DNA from: an uncultured archaeon | Lineage (GTDB): Archaea > Altiarchaeota > Altiarchaeia > IMC4 > SCGC-AAA252-I15 | Direction of reading: 5' to 3' | NCBI GenBank assembly: GCA_964587725.1 | Contig: CAZPLO010000016.1 | Location: 1 to 16,496, forward strand | Length of the DNA stretch: 16,496 nt | Part shown: positions 14,886-16,496 of the stretch, piece after piece | Numbering within the stretch: the stretch's first letter is position 1 | Layout: the number at the start of each line of letters is the position of its first letter | Made by a program: the position numbers and the translations under genes | The notes under the pieces: generated by a model | Seen by the model: the letters and a program-made list of their open reading frames with translations, nothing else | What the model was told of the DNA's origin: nothing | Database searches by the model: none

Positions 14886-16393
14886 CGGTTCCCTGCTCCG
14901 CCGAGGCTGGTGTCGTCCCCTTCCTCCTTAATCTGGGAGTGTTTTCTCGGGGGTTTTTCGTCTGCGGTGTCGAGGTCGTATCCCCTCTTCCTCTCCAGGA
15001 ACTCGCGTTCACGGTCTTTCACCGGGATGGCTTCCTCCTCTTTCTCCTCTATGACGCCCTCCAGCTGTTTCTTCATCCTCGGTATCCTGTCCGCGTCCCC
15101 CAATCTCGAGTAACCTTTCTCCAGCCCTTTTTCTTCACCGCCCAAACCCATCAAACCCTTCCTCTTAGGAGTCTCAGGGGTTGCTGGCCGGTTGAACATC
15201 AGGTAGGCTGCCGCCGCCAACACAGCCAACACGACCACTGCAATGGGGAGCAGCCCCAACCCTCCTTCTTCCCTGGCGGGCTGGGTTGTGGTGGTCGCCG
15301 GCAAAGTGGTCTCTGTGGTGGGCGGCGCCGGCGCCATAGTCGACGTGGTGGTGGAGGTTGAAACGGTTGTTGTCGTGGTTGTTGCGGTGGCGTTCGGCGG
15401 TAGGAGCACGCATTGGTTGTCTACGCACGCAGGCCTTGAAACACATGATATGTCGTCTGACATCACCTGCGGGCACGCTACGTCCGCCACCACGCATTCG
15501 TCGTTGAGTTCCCGCTCGTATTCGTCCCTGTATCTGAGGGCGATGACTGTTCGTCGGCCGCCGGCGGTGCAGCCGCAGCAGTCCGCCGGCACCGGCGCGC
15601 AGTCGCTGTCTATTTCACACAATAGTCGGTCGGGTTCAGGCTCCAACGTCGTGGTCGTTGACGTGGTGGTGGTCACCACACCCGGCTTCTCCGTCGGGTA
15701 CATGGCCCGTAACGCCGCCGCCTCGGAGGTTAGGTTCTGTATCACGTCGGCTGCGTGGTCGTCGTTGACGGTCATCACCTGCGTGTACCGGGCGTCCACC
15801 GTCGTCCCCGCGATGGGGCGCTGGTAGTCGAACACGCACGTCTGGGTGACGCCCCACCCGTCTTCCCCGCCCCGCAGGCCTTGGTCGACCTTCCTCTCCA
15901 CAACCTCCCTGCAGTTGTCGTCCTCGTGTATGACGTAGCTGAACGGGTAATACGTCTGCGCCAGATAATTGGATGCGACGCAGAATCGTTGAACCCGGCT
16001 GCATAGGCTGTCGGCTTCCACGCTGAGGTTAAGCCACGTCCGGGCTTTTTCCAGCGCCTCAGTCTCCGTCGAGCACAGATACGTTTCATCGGGGTGGGTG
16101 GTTATGGGGCACTCCCCCGGATGCTGCAAATCCCCGTCGCCGAGTCTGTTCGGCAGCAATGCGGGAGCGGTTAACGTAAGGTTCATGCAGTCGCCCTGCA
16201 GGTCACCGTATAACATACACAGACTCTGCTGGTCCTCCAACGTCATCCCGCTAAGACACGCCTGCACGGTCTCATCATCCCACGCCGTCCTGACCGCGGA
16301 TTCGCAGAAGTATTCATCAGCGTAGTCACCCCACGCTGAACCAAGAGACGCCAACAGAAGCAACGCTAAAACGCCCGTCCACCACCTAGCCAT
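14882..16393 (-). CDS. Type I membrane protein: signal peptide, degenerate Zn-PLC/P1-nuclease-like domain, Thr-rich linkers, Cys-rich domain, TM helix, charged cytoplasmic tail
   Basis: Signal MARWWTGVLALLLLASLGSA then WG; poly-Thr linkers flanking CEIDSDCAPVPADCCGCTAGG...CVDNQC; TM LLPIAVVVLAVLAAAAYLMF; Lys/Glu-rich tail. Confidence 0.88.
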   Translation of the reverse strand: MARWWTGVLALLLLASLGSAWGDYADEYFCESAVRTAWDDETVQACLSGMTLEDQQSLCMLYGDLQGDCMNLTLTAPALLPNRLGDGDLQHPGECPITTHPDETYLCSTETEALEKARTWLNLSVEADSLCSRVQRFCVASNYLAQTYYPFSYVIHEDDNCREVVERKVDQGLRGGEDGWGVTQTCVFDYQRPIAGTTVDARYTQVMTVNDDHAADVIQNLTSEAAALRAMYPTEKPGVVTTTTSTTTTLEPEPDRLLCEIDSDCAPVPADCCGCTAGGRRTVIALRYRDEYERELNDECVVADVACPQVMSDDISCVSRPACVDNQCVLLPPNATATTTTTTVSTSTTTSTMAPAPPTTETTLPATTTTQPAREEGGLGLLPIAVVVLAVLAAAAYLMFNRPATPETPKRKGLMGLGGEEKGLEKGYSRLGDADRIPRMKKQLEGVIEEKEEEAIPVKDREREFLERKRGYDLDTADEKPPRKHSQIKEEGDDTSLGGAGNR

Positions 16394-16496
16394 CGAATAA
16401 ACACTTAAGAAGATGAAAATAAAAGACAGCAGAAAAACCCTTACAGCAAAGTAACGAAAAAACCCTCAAATACAATGAAAAAACATTAAAAAAATA

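Noticed and set aside
1-16496. tRNA, rRNA, transposase/integrase, intein or recoded stop codons
   Set aside because: No such signatures seen by eye; the spacers are mostly too short for RNA genes, and TAA, TAG and TGA all end recognisable full-length genes.

Overview
Gene-dense archaeal chromosomal window. Archaeal origin is supported by an archaeal-type long PheS, TATA boxes about 24-27 bp upstream of apparently leaderless starts, and surface proteins rich in N-glycosylation sequons. The DUF95 protein, LamG protein and Cys-rich anchored proteins resemble DPANN-type genomes (inference). Left to right: a 3'-truncated secreted tandem-LamG glycoprotein absent from the ORF track, coupled to a small winged-HTH regulator; an AT-rich spacer with three 21-bp-phased repeats; a SpoIIM/DUF95 membrane protein and a Cys-repeat anchored protein; pheS; an orphan with a possible GNAT/VirK-like fold; a stand-alone HerA/DUF87 ATPase; an atypical ROK protein; an osmoprotection cluster (mscS, otsA, otsB, treT-type glycosyltransferase); a DUF99 nuclease-family gene; and a membrane-anchored protein whose N-terminal domain looks like a Zn-phospholipase C/P1-nuclease fold with most metal ligands replaced. 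No RNA genes, mobile elements or CRISPR arrays were seen. All family calls come from motif recognition by eye, not database searches.
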